Shown in pieces: positions 62,440 through 64,000 of a DNA stretch of 64,000 nucleotides. The translations under genes and the position numbers were made by a program. The stretch is from an uncultured Poribacteria bacterium (GTDB taxonomy: Bacteria; Poribacteria; WGA-4E; WGA-3G). The stretch's first letter is position 1. Every line of letters begins with the position of its first letter. The stretch is from positions 672,001 to 736,000 of the forward strand of contig OX638351.1 of NCBI GenBank assembly GCA_951813565.1, read 5' to 3'. The notes beneath the pieces were generated by a model, which saw nothing but the letters and a program-made list of their open reading frames with translations, was not told where the DNA came from and ran no database searches.

Positions 62440-63051
62440 TTAGGCGTTTGCCGCATAGATTTCGTTGACCCGTGCCCAGTTAACGATATTTTTCCACGCC
62501 TCAACGTAGTCTGGACGACGGTTCTGATAGTTCAGATAATATGCGTGTTCCCATACGTCAATTCCAAGAAGAGGTGTATGTCCCTGCATAATTGGACTAT
62601 CTTGATTTGCTGTGGAGTAAATCTCCAATCCATTATCACCGATAACAAGCCATGCCCAACCTGAACCGAAACGTTTGGTTGCAGCAGTAGTGAATTCTTC
62701 ATCCGCAGCTTCAAGGGATCCAAAAGCAGATTTTAGCGCAGCTGCGAGCTCTCCACCGGGGTCGCCACCGTTGCCTTTGGGGCACATGACTGACCAGAAA
62801 AGTGAATGGTTTGCATGCCCGCCACCGTTGTTAATGACTGCCTGCCGAATGTCTTCTGGTACTTGATCAATATTTCTAAGCAGTTCTTCAACATCTAATT
62901 TAGCGAGGTCGTCATGACCTTCTAATGCAGCATTCAGATTGTTTACATAACCTTGATGGTGTTTTCCGTGATGGATTTCCATCGTTTGTGTGTCAATATG
63001 TGGTTCCAATGCATCGTGTGCATAAGGGAGTCTTGGTAATGTGTGTGCCAT
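62440..63051 (-). CDS. sodA: Superoxide dismutase [Mn/Fe]
   Basis: [28 protein letters not shown]. Confidence 0.97.
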   Translation of the reverse strand: MAHTLPRLPYAHDALEPHIDTQTMEIHHGKHHQGYVNNLNAALEGHDDLAKLDVEELLRNIDQVPEDIRQAVINNGGGHANHSLFWSVMCPKGNGGDPGGELAAALKSAFGSLEAADEEFTTAATKRFGSGWAWLVIGDNGLEIYSTANQDSPIMQGHTPLLGIDVWEHAYYLNYQNRRPDYVEAWKNIVNWARVNEIYAANA

Positions 63052-63160
63052 TTAATAATAGCCTCCTTCAAAATTTAGGTCACAGAAAAGTATAGCAGAT
63101 TTATACAAAGTGCGCAAGTTTTACTTTTCTGTCGGGTGTGTAAAGTTTTTTGCATGAGCA

Positions 63161-64000
63161 TCACGCAGCTTTTGTATCTGGGAACCAATACCTATCCCAA
63201 GCCTTATTCTTGGACAAACATCGCCACTTCAGCACGGCATTGATACCCGGTTTCTCCCACCTCATAGATGCTTGTTTACATCTCTGCCCCACAACATGTG
63301 GACAAGCACTTTCAATCACACCGCTTCCGATTTGATAGCTTTTTTCTCTAAACGCTTTATACTGCGGACGCTTCTTATGTTTTTCAAAATAGCCTGCCTC
63401 TCTTTCTAAAATATCCGATACTTCCGGGGTCTGTGTGTCTAAGCCACGAATGCGTGCGGCTACTTCTGTAATGTTGCCATCATAAAGGATAGGTTCTGTC
63501 GTTTTTACCCAGTCTTGTATCGCCTCTGTTTCAGTCTCTCCGAACGCAACTTTAGCAACATCATATAGATGAGACTTCGCATGCATATAATCCACAATCT
63601 CTACAGCATTGGGGAAGTATTCATCCGCTAAGTTCCATATCCACGCAGCACCATCACCAAGAAACACAATCTCTTGCGTATCTATCGCTTCTTGGTAGAT
63701 GCCACTATTGGTTGCTAACGCATATAACTCCTTACCAAAATGTGCTGCATCATTACGCGTTGCGACATAACGGATACTTGTCTCTCTCGCACTTGACACC
63801 GCATCAGAACCACATTGTGGATAATCTCTGTAAACACTACCAACTTTTGTCTCTTTCCACCCATCAGGGGAGTTGGTATGACACCCATCACAACTCACAG
63901 GCCATCGCTCATTTTCTGCGAGTTTTTGAGGTGCCACTTGTTCACAGACGCTCAAATCTTCTGACCATTCACTCACTTTGTGTTGGAGCGTCGTGTGGCT
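63161..64000 (-). CDS. ISKra4/ISLre2-like (UPF0236) transposase, 5' end outside window
   Basis: GDGAAWIW, VD..HA..HL, IGSGVIESAC...RCK...MRW; frame open to the window edge. Confidence 0.88.
   Translation of the reverse strand, partial: SHTTLQHKVSEWSEDLSVCEQVAPQKLAENERWPVSCDGCHTNSPDGWKETKVGSVYRDYPQCGSDAVSSARETSIRYVATRNDAAHFGKELYALATNSGIYQEAIDTQEIVFLGDGAAWIWNLADEYFPNAVEIVDYMHAKSHLYDVAKVAFGETETEAIQDWVKTTEPILYDGNITEVAARIRGLDTQTPEVSDILEREAGYFEKHKKRPQYKAFREKSYQIGSGVIESACPHVVGQRCKQASMRWEKPGINAVLKWRCLSKNKAWDRYWFPDTKAA

Overview
A bacterial chromosomal window, most likely from a Candidatus Poribacteria-like diderm. This is inferred from LamG and lamin-tail secreted proteins with a shared 'KLxxxWxxhK' C-terminus, a PhyH dioxygenase, TonB receptors and LptFG. 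Housekeeping and metabolic genes are ilvBN-eamA-ilvC under a Val T-box, purD, sodA, ggt, lacD, a prenyl synthase and lptFG. There are three tandem paralog pairs, a 1563-aa Ig-like/lamin-tail surface protein, a divergent Prim-Pol/helicase-like gene, one complete IS4-family element and a truncated ISKra4-like transposase. Two things stand out. (1) A family of ~35-bp 'hairpin + GTTGATTTG' micro-elements with co-varying stems inserts precisely at C^G steps inside REP-like palindromes and inside each other, within a nested set of MITEs. (2) An ECF-sigma-led cluster encodes a secreted peptide ending GGGCDTGGCDS, two membrane-anchored proteins, an STT3/AglB-like glycosyltransferase with an altered WWDYG motif (split by the IS) and a methyltransferase. 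All family calls come from motif recognition by eye; no searches were run.
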